Assembly (NCBI GenBank): GCA_963824495.1
Contig: CAWGPQ010000017.1
Span: 1-64,000, forward strand
Direction: 5' to 3'
Length of the DNA: 64,000 bases
DNA from: an uncultured bacterium
GTDB lineage: Bacteria; Babelota; Babeliae; Babelales; Babelaceae
Below the pieces are notes generated by a model. That model was not told where the DNA came from, made no database searches, and was given only the letters and a program-made list of their open reading frames with translations. This document shows, piece after piece, positions 1 to 9,753 of this stretch. The translations under genes were made by a program, and so were the position numbers. Each line of letters starts with the position of its first letter. Within the stretch, counting starts at the first letter, position 1.

Positions 1-242
1 GCTCTCTCTCTCTCTCGCCCGCGCCCGCCCCCGCCCCCGCCCGCGCCCGCTCCGCTCGCCGCCCGCCGCCGCCGCCGCCGCCGCGCCCGCCGCCTCTCCC
101 GCTCGCTCGCCCGCTCGCCCGCTCGCCGCGCCCGCGCCCGCTCGCCCGCCCCCGCCCGCGCCCGCTCGCTCGCCCGCCCGCCCGCCCGCTCGCCCGCCCG
201 CGCCCGCCCCCGCGCCCGCGCCCGCTCGCCCGCCCGCGCGGC
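1..242. repeat. Low-complexity C/G/T-only tract ((CT)n, then CGCC/CGCT/CGCG units); probably a read-end or assembly artefact
   Basis: No adenine in 242 nt; very high GC; abrupt switch into AT-rich coding sequence at about 243. Confidence 0.85.
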
Positions 243-1025
243 TTGCTCATTCTTGGCATTATGATAGGTATTTACCTCTTTACTGCTACAACACCCAAAA
301 GTGAGCTGGTAAGCTTTCATGGCAAAAACGAAGCTACTATCGAAAAAGAAAAAACTCATGAACCAGGCTTTCTTGAAGGCTTGCGTATTTTGCTAGCAGA
401 ACGTTATCTTCTTGGTATTTTTGGTATCATTGCCTTTAATGAGATCATTGCTACAATTATTGATTTCCAATTCCAAAGCTTAGTATTTAGCGGCTTTTCA
501 ACTGAAGCAGAACGTGCCTCATATTTAGGTGATTATGCAGTTTGGGTTAATCTGGTTACCTTCCTGAGCTTACTCTTTGGTGTGGGCAATATTCAGCGTC
601 GACTTGGTATTAAAACATCGCTTGTCCTTGTACCAATAGTATTGCTTGGTATGGTCTTTGCCTTCTGGTCATATCCAGTTGTTCATGTACTCTTCTGGAT
701 CATGGTTGGAGCAAAAGCACTAAGTTATGCGTTAAACAGCCCTGCACAAAAGCAGCTATACGTTCCAACAACACCGGAAGTTAGATACAAATCACAAGCG
801 TGGATCGAAGCCTTTGGCTCACGCGGATCAAAAGCAGTCAGTTCAGGTTTTAACTTACTTAAGGGACCTTTTGAAACATGGTTTGGCCCAACGCAGGGGT
901 TTGCTCATCTTATTAATTTCGGTGCTCTTCTTTCATTGGGCATGCTTGGCGCATGGGTAATTGTTGCACTCTATTTGGGCAACCGTTATCAAAAAGCTGT
1001 TGATCAAAATAAAGTTGTTTGTTAA
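243..1025 (+). CDS. ATP/ADP translocase (NTT/TLC family), C-terminal half; 5' part missing
   Basis: Multi-TM protein with YLLGIFGII, KALSYALNSP, QLYVPT and RYKSQAWIEAFGSRGSKA, typical of NTT/TLC. Confidence 0.85.
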   Translation: MLILGIMIGIYLFTATTPKSELVSFHGKNEATIEKEKTHEPGFLEGLRILLAERYLLGIFGIIAFNEIIATIIDFQFQSLVFSGFSTEAERASYLGDYAVWVNLVTFLSLLFGVGNIQRRLGIKTSLVLVPIVLLGMVFAFWSYPVVHVLFWIMVGAKALSYALNSPAQKQLYVPTTPEVRYKSQAWIEAFGSRGSKAVSSGFNLLKGPFETWFGPTQGFAHLINFGALLSLGMLGAWVIVALYLGNRYQKAVDQNKVVC

Positions 1026-1048
1026 TAAATTCTTAACAAGAGCTCTAC

Positions 1049-1085
1049 GAGCTGCAAGTTGTTCATACTTGCAGCTCTTTTTTTT
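1049..1085 (+). terminator. Rho-independent terminator
   Basis: GAGCTGCAAGT-tgttcat-ACTTGCAGCTC followed by a T run. Confidence 0.85.
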
Positions 1086-2436
1086 AAGATTTTGCCAGAT
1101 ACTGCATAAGAAACTGAGACCAGCTGTTATTATAAGCAAAGTCTAAGCTTTGATATGAAGCATGAATTTTGCGATCTGGTAAATAAATAGAAAGTCCTGT
1201 AGCTCCTGCTAGATTCTTGCCGGCAGCGTTAGCGATAACAGCTTTACTTATCAGCTCAATACCTGCTGCAAGTGTACCCCTAAGCTCCTGTATAAGCACT
1301 TCATTATCCGGAGCATCTATAAATTCACATTGGCTAATTCTCTCGTAGAGGTTACTTGAAAAGTGACAATAATCCTTGTAACTATGTTCAGAAAAATAGG
1401 TACAGTGCTTTTTATCGGAGCTTACTTGAATTGCTTTTCGAACCGAGTCATTTTTTTGGCGCTTAAGGAGCTCTACTAAGAGCTCTGCAGTTTTATTAAT
1501 GTTTTCATTAATGCATTCAAAATTATCAAGGCAAATTGCCGATTGCGCATAGTCATGAGTAATTTTGCCATGCGTTTCTTTAAATGAACGTACTACCTGA
1601 CAAGCAAATTCGTAGGGCTCAATAGCTCCTTTGTTGAGAGGGTTAACGAGACGTTCGTAATAATAGCCTCTTCCCAAGACGGCTTCCTGGGAACCAACCA
1701 TATAGTGAGCGTAAGGCATGATGTTAAAGGCAACTTCTGCTGTTGCCATATAGCAGGCATCGAAACAAATAACATCGATTTTTTTGCCATCTAAGTAGTC
1801 ATTACAAATATTTCCTAAGGCTTTTCTAAAATTTTGCTCGGTTATATAATTACCCGTACTTTGATCAAAGCATATGCCACGATACTGAGGTGTTTGTCCA
1901 GTAAGGCTTTCGAAAACATCAAGAAAGCTTAGACTTCGATCAATCTCAATCAGCTTGGTTGCCGTATTGTACTTAACGAGATGCTGTCGATTAAATTGCT
2001 GGATGAACGGATTAAGGGGACCGATACCATGATTCCATACAACAAGCACAAAATAATCGGACTTATGCTGACTAAGAGCCCATCGACAAGCGTCAACAAG
2101 GGTTTTTTCGTCGCCGCTATCCATGCAGACATTATCACAAATATATTCGAGTCTATTACGATGAACAATAAAGCGTTGTGTACATTTTTTTGAACCTTTT
2201 TGATAGGTATCAAGGTGAACTAAGATCTTAACATTATCATTTGAGCCAATCTGCTTCATTTGTTCAAGATTACGATCAACAAAGGGCTCTAAATCGTTAG
2301 CTGCTGCCATATAAATAAGAACAGTATATGTTTTGGATTCTTGATTTGAGTTACTCAAGCTCGATGAAGCAAAAATAAGAGATATGCCTATTGCTACTAT
2401 ATACTTCTTATAGTGCACAAGACTGCACGTAACCAT
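1084..2436 (-). CDS. Clostripain-family (C11) cysteine peptidase, likely exported
   Basis: TVLIYMAAANDLE, WNHG (catalytic His), FDACYM (catalytic Cys), GLSIY; hydrophobic N-terminus; GGAGGAG SD before ATG 2436. Confidence 0.85.
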   Translation of the reverse strand: MVTCSLVHYKKYIVAIGISLIFASSSLSNSNQESKTYTVLIYMAAANDLEPFVDRNLEQMKQIGSNDNVKILVHLDTYQKGSKKCTQRFIVHRNRLEYICDNVCMDSGDEKTLVDACRWALSQHKSDYFVLVVWNHGIGPLNPFIQQFNRQHLVKYNTATKLIEIDRSLSFLDVFESLTGQTPQYRGICFDQSTGNYITEQNFRKALGNICNDYLDGKKIDVICFDACYMATAEVAFNIMPYAHYMVGSQEAVLGRGYYYERLVNPLNKGAIEPYEFACQVVRSFKETHGKITHDYAQSAICLDNFECINENINKTAELLVELLKRQKNDSVRKAIQVSSDKKHCTYFSEHSYKDYCHFSSNLYERISQCEFIDAPDNEVLIQELRGTLAAGIELISKAVIANAAGKNLAGATGLSIYLPDRKIHASYQSLDFAYNNSWSQFLMQYLAKS

Positions 2437-2751
2437 GTGATAGCTCCTCCCCCTCATATTCATACATACCATTACTCATACAAACCATGCTTGTACTACG
2501 TAGCTTAGCTACACACGTCTCTCTTAAGCAAGAGAAGGGACAATTAAGCTCCAGGACTAATACGTTGAATAACCTCATGAGGGGTTAAGGCTTACATACT
2601 ACCGGAAGATTCCTAGACAATTCTTGTAAAGCTCTTTTATGACAAAACTTGGATTTAATAGTAACCTTGACAGATATGACCAATTAATGGCAAATTTCAA
2701 GAATTCACTCTAAAAACTATTCTAAAAACTACGGTACAGGAGTACATAAGC

Positions 2752-2991
2752 ATGCTTACGCAAGTACCAGCCATAGGTACTATCTATTGTCACTACAAAG
2801 GCCACTCATACAAAATCATAGGCATTGCACGCCATAGCGAAACACATGAAGAGCTTGTTGTATACCAAGCTCTCTATGATTCTATGACTTTTGGGCCTCG
2901 TGCCTTATGGGTACGCCCACTCTCTCTTTTTCTTGATACAGTCATAGTCGATGGGATTACCCAGCCTCGATTTAGGCTTCTTCAACAGTAA
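2752..2991 (+). CDS. DUF1653 domain protein
   Basis: YCHYKG..Y.IIGIARHSET.EELVVYQALY...LWVRP..F....PRF. Confidence 0.9.
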   Translation: MLTQVPAIGTIYCHYKGHSYKIIGIARHSETHEELVVYQALYDSMTFGPRALWVRPLSLFLDTVIVDGITQPRFRLLQQ

Positions 2992-3020
2992 AGGTGCATC
3001 AGAATTTTGTGATGCACCTT
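2991..3020. terminator. Hairpin between convergent genes
   Basis: AAGGTGCATCA...TGATGCACCTT inverted repeat. Confidence 0.7.
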
Positions 3021-3062
3021 AAAGATTTTGAGAAGGACTAAGACTTTAGATTAAAAAAAATC

Positions 3063-3341
3063 TTACGGTACTCGTGCCGGTACAGGAGTGGTAGTAGGCG
3101 TTGTAGTAACTGGTGGAATTACAGCCGTACCAGCCGTAGTTGGCGCTCCGGCAGCCGTTCTCACTGTCGTTCGTGAAACTTCTGCACCTCTACCTCGTGT
3201 CAAATAGTAGGCAATTGCCCCTAAGGCTATAAGACCCACGATAAGGGGTACTAACCACGACATATCAGTTTTTCCATGTCGATAATCATATGATGACCGG
3301 GTTTCACGAGGTTCGTTGTCTCGTTGATCTCTGTTATTCAT
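3063..3341 (-). CDS. Small single-pass membrane protein with Thr/Pro-rich tail
   Basis: AAGGAG SD; one TM (WLVPLIVGLIALGAIAYYL); TTTPTTTPVP tail. Confidence 0.7.
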   Translation of the reverse strand: MNNRDQRDNEPRETRSSYDYRHGKTDMSWLVPLIVGLIALGAIAYYLTRGRGAEVSRTTVRTAAGAPTTAGTAVIPPVTTTPTTTPVPARVP

Positions 3342-3433
3342 AACATCTCCTTTCAGGTTACTGTTTGTTTTGGATGTGCTCTATCATATACACTTATAAT
3401 TTTAATTTATTAATAGAATAAAAATCAATAGTT

Positions 3434-4726
3434 TTATAATTTTTGTTCTATTAATTCTAGTAATGGCTCAAGGACACCTATAAGTTTATCAACCTCTCGA
3501 TCAGTATTATAAAGATAAAAGCTTACTCTTACCGATCCAGAAATGCCAAGTTTTTTATGCAAAATTTGAGCACAATGGTTACCTGCCCGTACGTATATAT
3601 TGTATGTATCAAGATATGCAGCAATATCATGGGGGTGAATTCCATCAAAAGTAAAGCTTACTAGATGATCGAGTTCGTTAAATTTTCTTTCTCGGCCCAA
3701 GACACGAGCCCCTGGAAGGGCTCTTAGGCCATCGGCAACGCGTTGACATAATGCTGCCTCGTAACGACGAAGCACTTTAAAATCTACGTTCTTTTCAAGA
3801 TAATCGAGGGCTGCTCCAAGACCTATAGCTGCCGATGCTGCCTGTGTACCTGCTTCAAGCATGTAGGGCATTGCACGCCATGAGCTGCCTTCCTGAGTTA
3901 CCTCAAGCACCATGCCTCCACCAAGCTGATACGGTCTAAGTTCGGCGTGCGTTACAGAATGGGCATAGAGAACACCAATTCCCGTAGGACCAAGCATTTT
4001 ATGACCAGAAAAAACTAAAAAATCACAGGGCAATAAGGCTAGATTAATAAGATGATGGGGAACTGCTTGGGCAGCGTCAACTAGTACACGCGCTTGTATG
4101 TTATGAGCCTGCTGAATAATAAGCTCTAAAAATCCCTGTGCAGACGTGTTATAAAAATCTCTTAAATAACTAAGATCTTCCGGCGTTACAAGATTATCTA
4201 GCGGACCGAGCACATTTGATGTGTGGGAAAGCGCAACTAGACGAGTTTTAGCAGTTAAAAGATGTGGTAGCTGAGTAACTTCAAGAGTGCCATCGGCCCG
4301 TAGAGGTATCCAGCGTAACACTATGCCCTGATGTTGGACCAATCTTTGCCAGGGAAGAATATTAGCGTGATGCTCAACTTCTGTTATAAGAATCTCGTCA
4401 CCCTCTGTGAGATTATGCGCAGCCCACGAAGACGCAACAATATTAATGCCCTCGGTTGCTCCTTTAGTAAATACTATTTCTTGTGGAGATTGAGCACCAA
4501 TAAAACGTGCTACCTGCTCACGAACAGCTTCATGCCGTTGAGTTGCCGTTTCAGCTAAGCGATAAATACCTCGATGAATCGGGGCATTATAAACTCTATA
4601 AAATTCCGCTAATGCTTGAATAACTTGCTCTGGCTTAAGAGTAGTTGCAGCATTATCAAAATAAATAAAAGGCTCGTTATTGATTAAGCAGTGTAGTTGA
4701 GGAAAATCCCGGCGATAATTTTTCAT
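3434..4726 (-). CDS. sufS: SufS-type cysteine desulfurase
   Basis: YFDNAATTLKP, DAAQAVPH, FSGHKMLGPTGIG, VRAGNHCA. Confidence 0.92.
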   Translation of the reverse strand: MKNYRRDFPQLHCLINNEPFIYFDNAATTLKPEQVIQALAEFYRVYNAPIHRGIYRLAETATQRHEAVREQVARFIGAQSPQEIVFTKGATEGINIVASSWAAHNLTEGDEILITEVEHHANILPWQRLVQHQGIVLRWIPLRADGTLEVTQLPHLLTAKTRLVALSHTSNVLGPLDNLVTPEDLSYLRDFYNTSAQGFLELIIQQAHNIQARVLVDAAQAVPHHLINLALLPCDFLVFSGHKMLGPTGIGVLYAHSVTHAELRPYQLGGGMVLEVTQEGSSWRAMPYMLEAGTQAASAAIGLGAALDYLEKNVDFKVLRRYEAALCQRVADGLRALPGARVLGRERKFNELDHLVSFTFDGIHPHDIAAYLDTYNIYVRAGNHCAQILHKKLGISGSVRVSFYLYNTDREVDKLIGVLEPLLELIEQKL

Positions 4727-4826
4727 GGCTTGTCCATTTTTAAGTAATTCAGCAAGACTTTTGTCGCAAAATTGTTATACTGTAAACTGTTTCTCTTAGT
4801 ATATCTCGATTTGGAGATTTACCGCT

Positions 4827-6959
4827 ATGCTTATACACCTACGCTACAGCGTGCTGTATGCGACACTCGCCCTTACCGCATCTATTTTTAGTTCTCTCTA
4901 TGCCCCGAGTGTCAGTGTTACGTTTCAAGAGGGCTATCATGGGCTGCCGGATGATCACAAAGAGCGCACACCTGAAGAAAGCCTAGCCCTCTTTGCGACA
5001 AGGCTGTCCCGCTATCGAAGTGGGCTAGGTTCTAGCATACATTCTAAGCTAGATGAAAGTACTCGAAGAGAACTTGAAATTGATCGCTTAGTTGGGACAC
5101 TTGCTTATCCGGAAACGACAATTTTTGGCATATGGGGCTTATTTGATGGCTTAACAACGCACTATGAGATTGAAGATTGCAAAGAACGTCAAAGCTTAGT
5201 AAAAATTTTAGTAGAAGATACTACACTTGCCAAAGAAATAGGCCAAGCGTTAACTACTGTTAAAAATGCTCAAGAATCCATTATTTCTTTTTGGGACCCT
5301 CACGATCAACTTAAGCAACTTGCTGAAACTTTTTATTTTAAGTGGTACCGAGAGCTTAACAATTATTCTTCAGCTCTTGAGGCAGGGCTCTATCTTGATG
5401 CATCAAAACTAGCCCTTGCAGTATGTGCTCCCTTGATTTTTCAGCAAATACAAGATGAATTCTTTAGATGGCGTCAAGCAAAAGGAGCCGCATTACAAGA
5501 GCAGAAACAAGTAGCAACAGATCAGAGTAAAACCACAAAGAACAAATATACATTTTCGCTTATGCGTGTGCTTTTTGGAAACATGATAAGAAAACACAAT
5601 CCAAACGCTTCTATTTTTTTAGGTGACAATGGCAAGGAAACCTATGATCTAGCAAACTCTCATCGAGTGCTCGAATTTAGCATGGGTGATTGGATTTTGT
5701 ATAATAAAAACCAGCTAGCATATTCTCCCTTTGCCGCCAAGTTGTCGGCTTATACTACCACATTGCTTGAGGATATAATGCCGGGCGCATTGATGTATTA
5801 CGCCACTCAAAATGTTCAGACTGTATTTAACAAAGTCGATAAGCTCCGTGATCGCATGGTAACTATTGCAGCAGCTTTTGAAAGTATTAAGCGCATAGCA
5901 TATTGTTCTATTAAATATTCGGAATTGAGCGATAAAGACTCACTTAAACCGCTTACGTGCTTTATCCAAAATACTGAAGATACTAGCACGAAACTTAGTC
6001 AGCTTATAGAACTTTTAGGTCAAGATACGTTTAAAGAAAACCAATCATGGATATATAGGAAGGGTAATGTATTACTTGCTTACAAGCTCTATAACGATAT
6101 TAAAGACCAGCTTATTCCCCTCTGGAAATCTCTTGGTGAGCTTGAATCATATTGCGTTATGGCAAAAACCTATACAGAATCGCAGGGTAAAGGAGCTCAA
6201 TGGTGCTTTGCTGAATTTCTCGATAATCATCTTGATAATCAAGCACCGTATATATATTTAGAAAATTTCTGGAATCCTCTCATAGCTGCAAATAACGTAA
6301 TTACCAATACTATCGAACTTGGCAAACCTGCTCGAGCTGGTAATGCTCTGGTAACGGGACCTAATGGCTGCGGCAAGTCAACCATTATGAAAGCTATCGC
6401 TTATGTTGATCTTATAAGTTCATTTGGTATTGTTCCGGCACGAAAAGCAACTCTCACGCCATTTGATATGATAAAAACTTCAATTAACGTAACGGAAAAA
6501 CCTGAAGAGCACAAATCAACCTTTATGGCCCAAAAAGAGCGCATAGATGAGCTGCTCCAATTGGCATTATCACTACCGGATGATCATCGCTTGTTGTTAT
6601 TAATAGATGAACCATTAAGTGGAACACTTGAAGAAGTGGCTGCTGAGATTGTTTATGAATTTGGCAAGACATTATCGTTGCGCACATCATGTATGACCGT
6701 TATGGCAACACCCCTTGAGTACCCGTTGCAGCTTGCAAAAGATACGAGTACGTTTGCTCTACTTCACCCAGAGCTCATTGAGCCACAAGAGGGGACATTT
6801 GTGCGGACATTCAAACTTCTCGATGGTCCACCAGCTTGGTGGTTTGACGACAGAGATAAACGACGTCGCTTTGTCTTCTGGCTCAGCGCCCTAGAGACAA
6901 CGTCAAGCACACCTCGTGCTTATAAAACGCTACCATTTGTTCTAAATATTAGCGTATAA
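4827..6959 (+). CDS. MutS-domain-V (ABC-type ATPase) protein with N-terminal signal peptide
   Basis: TGPNGCGKST Walker A, STFMAQ, LLLIDEPLSGT Walker B; no MutS mismatch-binding domain; hydrophobic N-terminus. Confidence 0.8.
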   Translation: MLIHLRYSVLYATLALTASIFSSLYAPSVSVTFQEGYHGLPDDHKERTPEESLALFATRLSRYRSGLGSSIHSKLDESTRRELEIDRLVGTLAYPETTIFGIWGLFDGLTTHYEIEDCKERQSLVKILVEDTTLAKEIGQALTTVKNAQESIISFWDPHDQLKQLAETFYFKWYRELNNYSSALEAGLYLDASKLALAVCAPLIFQQIQDEFFRWRQAKGAALQEQKQVATDQSKTTKNKYTFSLMRVLFGNMIRKHNPNASIFLGDNGKETYDLANSHRVLEFSMGDWILYNKNQLAYSPFAAKLSAYTTTLLEDIMPGALMYYATQNVQTVFNKVDKLRDRMVTIAAAFESIKRIAYCSIKYSELSDKDSLKPLTCFIQNTEDTSTKLSQLIELLGQDTFKENQSWIYRKGNVLLAYKLYNDIKDQLIPLWKSLGELESYCVMAKTYTESQGKGAQWCFAEFLDNHLDNQAPYIYLENFWNPLIAANNVITNTIELGKPARAGNALVTGPNGCGKSTIMKAIAYVDLISSFGIVPARKATLTPFDMIKTSINVTEKPEEHKSTFMAQKERIDELLQLALSLPDDHRLLLLIDEPLSGTLEEVAAEIVYEFGKTLSLRTSCMTVMATPLEYPLQLAKDTSTFALLHPELIEPQEGTFVRTFKLLDGPPAWWFDDRDKRRRFVFWLSALETTSSTPRAYKTLPFVLNISV

Positions 6960-8097
6960 CACGAAGAATTTCACTGATGCTTGTTCTACCCGCATTTACT
7001 TGAGCGGTAGCATCATCCCATAGCGAGATCATACCATCAGCACAAGCCTGGCGGTAAAGTTCATCATATGAAGGATTGCTCGTAATAAGAGCACGAAGGT
7101 GGGGCGATAGCGTGAGCAGCTCGAAAATGCCTATTCTTCCATAATAACCTGTTCTATTACACGCTTGGCATCCGTCAGCTCTATACGAGTGAACAAGTGC
7201 TGAACTCAAGAGCTCTTGTTCATGTGCATCGATAGCCACTTCACGGCGACAGTGAACGCACAGCTTACGGACTAAACGTTGAGCCAAGATACAGGTAAGT
7301 GAAGCATTAATTAGAAAAGCAGGTATGCCCATGTCAAGCAAACGTATAATAGTACTAGGAGCATCATTGGTATGAAGGGTGCTCAAGACAAGATGACCTG
7401 TAAGCGCTGCTTGAAGTGCAACTTCAGCAGTCTGCTGATCACGTATTTCTCCAACCATAATGACATCAGGATCTTGGCGGAGAATTGCCCGAATGCCTTT
7501 TTCAAACGTAAACCCTATATCAGGATATACTTGGCTTTGTGTGATGCCATCGATCGTGTATTCTATAGGATCTTCAAGTGTGATGATATTTTTTTCAGGT
7601 GACTGAAGTGCAGCGAGAGCTGCATAAAGAGTAGTAGTTTTTCCTGAGCCTGTTGGACCAGTAACAAGCACAAAACCTTGTGCTCGCTCAATAAGAAACT
7701 TAAATTGAGCTTTAGGGATATCAGCTATACCAATCTGGTCAAGATCAAGCAGACCATAAAGCTGACGAAGAATACGTAGTGCGATTTTTTCACCATACAA
7801 TGAAGGGAATGTTGCTATACGTATGTCAATAATACCTTCAGGTGTACTTAAACAAAATTTACCATCTTGAGGAATACGTCGTTCTGCAACATCAATATGC
7901 GCAAGAACTTTAATACGGGCAAGAACTTGTAAAGAAAATTCAGCATCAATCACTGCATGATCAACCAAAAGATCATCAATGCGATAACGAACACGCAAGC
8001 CCTCTCGTTGAGATTCTATATGGATATCAGATGCTCGATAAGCAAGTGCCTGACGTATGAGCTCGTCAACAATCTGTATACCAGGAGCATCATCCAT
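6949..8097 (-). CDS. GspE/PilB-family type IV pilus / T2SS assembly ATPase (short form, no N-terminal MshEN)
   Basis: ASDIHIE, PQDG, GPTGSGKTTTLY, LRQDPDVIMVGEIRD, TGHLVLSTLHTND, two CxxC motifs. Confidence 0.92.
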   Translation of the reverse strand: MDDAPGIQIVDELIRQALAYRASDIHIESQREGLRVRYRIDDLLVDHAVIDAEFSLQVLARIKVLAHIDVAERRIPQDGKFCLSTPEGIIDIRIATFPSLYGEKIALRILRQLYGLLDLDQIGIADIPKAQFKFLIERAQGFVLVTGPTGSGKTTTLYAALAALQSPEKNIITLEDPIEYTIDGITQSQVYPDIGFTFEKGIRAILRQDPDVIMVGEIRDQQTAEVALQAALTGHLVLSTLHTNDAPSTIIRLLDMGIPAFLINASLTCILAQRLVRKLCVHCRREVAIDAHEQELLSSALVHSYRADGCQACNRTGYYGRIGIFELLTLSPHLRALITSNPSYDELYRQACADGMISLWDDATAQVNAGRTSISEILRVIR

Positions 8098-8441
8098 TAA
8101 CCAAGCACCCACCCAAGCAAGAATCCTGCAAGCATAGCAATACAGGCAACAGGGTGCTCATGCAGCCATGCCCGCTCTTGACCAAGAACATCTTGAAACG
8201 TCTGGGCTGAGCTCATGCCAATAAGCTGTTTGAGCTGCTGTAAATCTATGGTAATAACATGAGTGTAATAAAGAAACGCTAAAGCAAGCGCAGCCCCAAT
8301 CGTGCCAAAAAAAAGCCAGCGTCCAAGTACTTTAGTAAGAAAGCCTGCTATAAATGCAATAAGTCCATAAACACCTATTTCGGCAACCCAAGGCGGGTAG
8401 GCTTCAAGCTTTTTATGAAATGTGGTTAACCATACTGGCAT
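8097..8441 (-). CDS. Small membrane protein, FUN14-like
   Basis: FIAGFLTKVLGR...LYYTHVITID...AGFLLG pattern; TAATG overlap with the pilus ATPase start. Confidence 0.6.
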   Translation of the reverse strand: MPVWLTTFHKKLEAYPPWVAEIGVYGLIAFIAGFLTKVLGRWLFFGTIGAALALAFLYYTHVITIDLQQLKQLIGMSSAQTFQDVLGQERAWLHEHPVACIAMLAGFLLGWVLG

Positions 8442-8460
8442 GAAACAATCCTTTTTTATT

Positions 8461-8494
8461 AAAAGACGCTTAGCCTGAGGCATAAGCGTCTTTT
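8461..8494. terminator. Bidirectional-type terminator downstream of HU
   Basis: AAAAGACGCTTA...TAAGCGTCTTTT. Confidence 0.8.
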
Positions 8495-8530
8495 ACTGAA
8501 GGTTATACTGCAACCGCGAGTTTTATATTC

Positions 8531-8806
8531 CTAAACTGATACGAGATCTCGTAAAGCTTTACCGGGCTTAAATTTAGCAACTTTTTTAGCTGGTATCTGC
8601 ATTTTAGAACCAGTAGCAGGATTAATGCCAACTCTGCTCTTTCTTTTCGTAACGGTAAATGTACCAAACCCGGTCAGCACAACAGATTTGCCTGACTTTA
8701 AAGCATGTCCTATTGATTTGACAAAGGCTTCCAGCAACCGCTTACATGAAGCTTTTGGTAGCTTGGAGGATTTTGACATTTGCTCGATTAATTTTGCCTT
8801 ATTCAT
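8531..8806 (-). CDS. hup: HU DNA-binding protein
   Basis: MNKAKLI...GFGTF...R.GINPATG..M.IPA....FKPGK.L. Confidence 0.95.
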   Translation of the reverse strand: MNKAKLIEQMSKSSKLPKASCKRLLEAFVKSIGHALKSGKSVVLTGFGTFTVTKRKSRVGINPATGSKMQIPAKKVAKFKPGKALRDLVSV

Positions 8807-8922
8807 AATTTCCTTTGATTCTTTAATATTCTTAGTCCCTTGCAGGCAAAGGCAAACAAAACTAGCACTACCACGTTATTCTACTCACAAATTTTGTCAA
8901 GTCCTTAAGCGCTCTTTTTAGC

Positions 8923-9009
8923 TGGTGCCGAGAGCCGGACTCGAACCGGCACGGAGAAACCTCCGAAGGATTTTAAGTCCTTTGCGTCTACCTATTCCGC
9001 CATCCCGGC
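8923..9009 (-). tRNA. tRNA-Leu(TAA)
   Basis: Reverse complement GCCGGGATGGCGGAATAGGTAGACGC...CTTAAAA...GGTTCGAGTCC...GGCACCA; long variable arm; encoded CCA. Confidence 0.95.
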
Positions 9010-9019
9010 AACTAACGTT

Positions 9020-9093
9020 TGGAGGCGGCACCCGGATTCGAACCGGGGATCAGGGTTTTGCAGACCCATGCCTTACCACTTGGCTATGCCGCC
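9020..9093 (-). tRNA. tRNA-Cys(GCA)
   Basis: Reverse complement GGCGGCATAGCCAAGTGGTAAGGC...CTGCAAA...GGTTCGAATCC...GCCTCCA. Confidence 0.95.
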
Positions 9094-9638
9094 TAGAGAA
9101 GATGCGCTTCCTGCATTTCTTTTTTGAGATTTTCTGCCCGTATAACCTGAACGTCTGGCTCTGGTTCTAGTGGCTTAAGAACCATAGTAAGATATCCTTG
9201 CTTGCCAGGTCCTTCAAAGCCATACGTACTATCTTTTTGGTACAGTTGATACCATTCAGCTGTTCCTCCTTCATATGCCTTAACATTGGTGAACCCCAGT
9301 TTAGCAAGTTTCTTTGCTGCAAGACCGCTTGAGGTACATGCATAATTAGAGCAATACACTACAATAGGAGTATTTCTATCCCATTGTTGTGCTGCAGCTT
9401 CAAGTTCACCAAGAGAAATATTAATAGATCCCTTAATGTGCGCATCATCATACAAATCCTTGCTCAAGAGATTAATCACTTTGAGCGAAGAAGCTGGTAA
9501 GGAAGACTGTATGGGATCATGATGCACTACTTCTTTGCTATTTGGTTGCGGTGTTTCTCGATCCCAGCATGCCGGTAGCATAACAATACCCAGCGCTAGT
9601 AACCCTAACAACTGAGATAACCGAGTACGTGATTGCAT
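9093..9638 (-). CDS. Rhodanese-like domain lipoprotein
   Basis: Lipobox-like MLPAC; HIKGSINI, IVVYCSNYAC, LGFTNVKAYEGG..EW. Confidence 0.85.
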   Translation of the reverse strand: MQSRTRLSQLLGLLALGIVMLPACWDRETPQPNSKEVVHHDPIQSSLPASSLKVINLLSKDLYDDAHIKGSINISLGELEAAAQQWDRNTPIVVYCSNYACTSSGLAAKKLAKLGFTNVKAYEGGTAEWYQLYQKDSTYGFEGPGKQGYLTMVLKPLEPEPDVQVIRAENLKKEMQEAHLL

Positions 9639-9753
9639 ACATAAGCCCTCATAATAATGGTGTTACTCGTCGCATCTAGCATTAAGATAGCATAAATTAA
9701 GATATCTGCAAACATTTTTTATGGTAGCTTTTATGATAGAGCCTTGCTTTAAG

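Noticed and set aside
2572..2583. ACCTCATGAGGG also present at 61345-61356
   Set aside because: One 12-mer match among intergenic regions is roughly expected by chance
8925..9170. 81-aa plus-strand ORF
   Set aside because: Antisense shadow of the tRNA-Leu and tRNA-Cys genes
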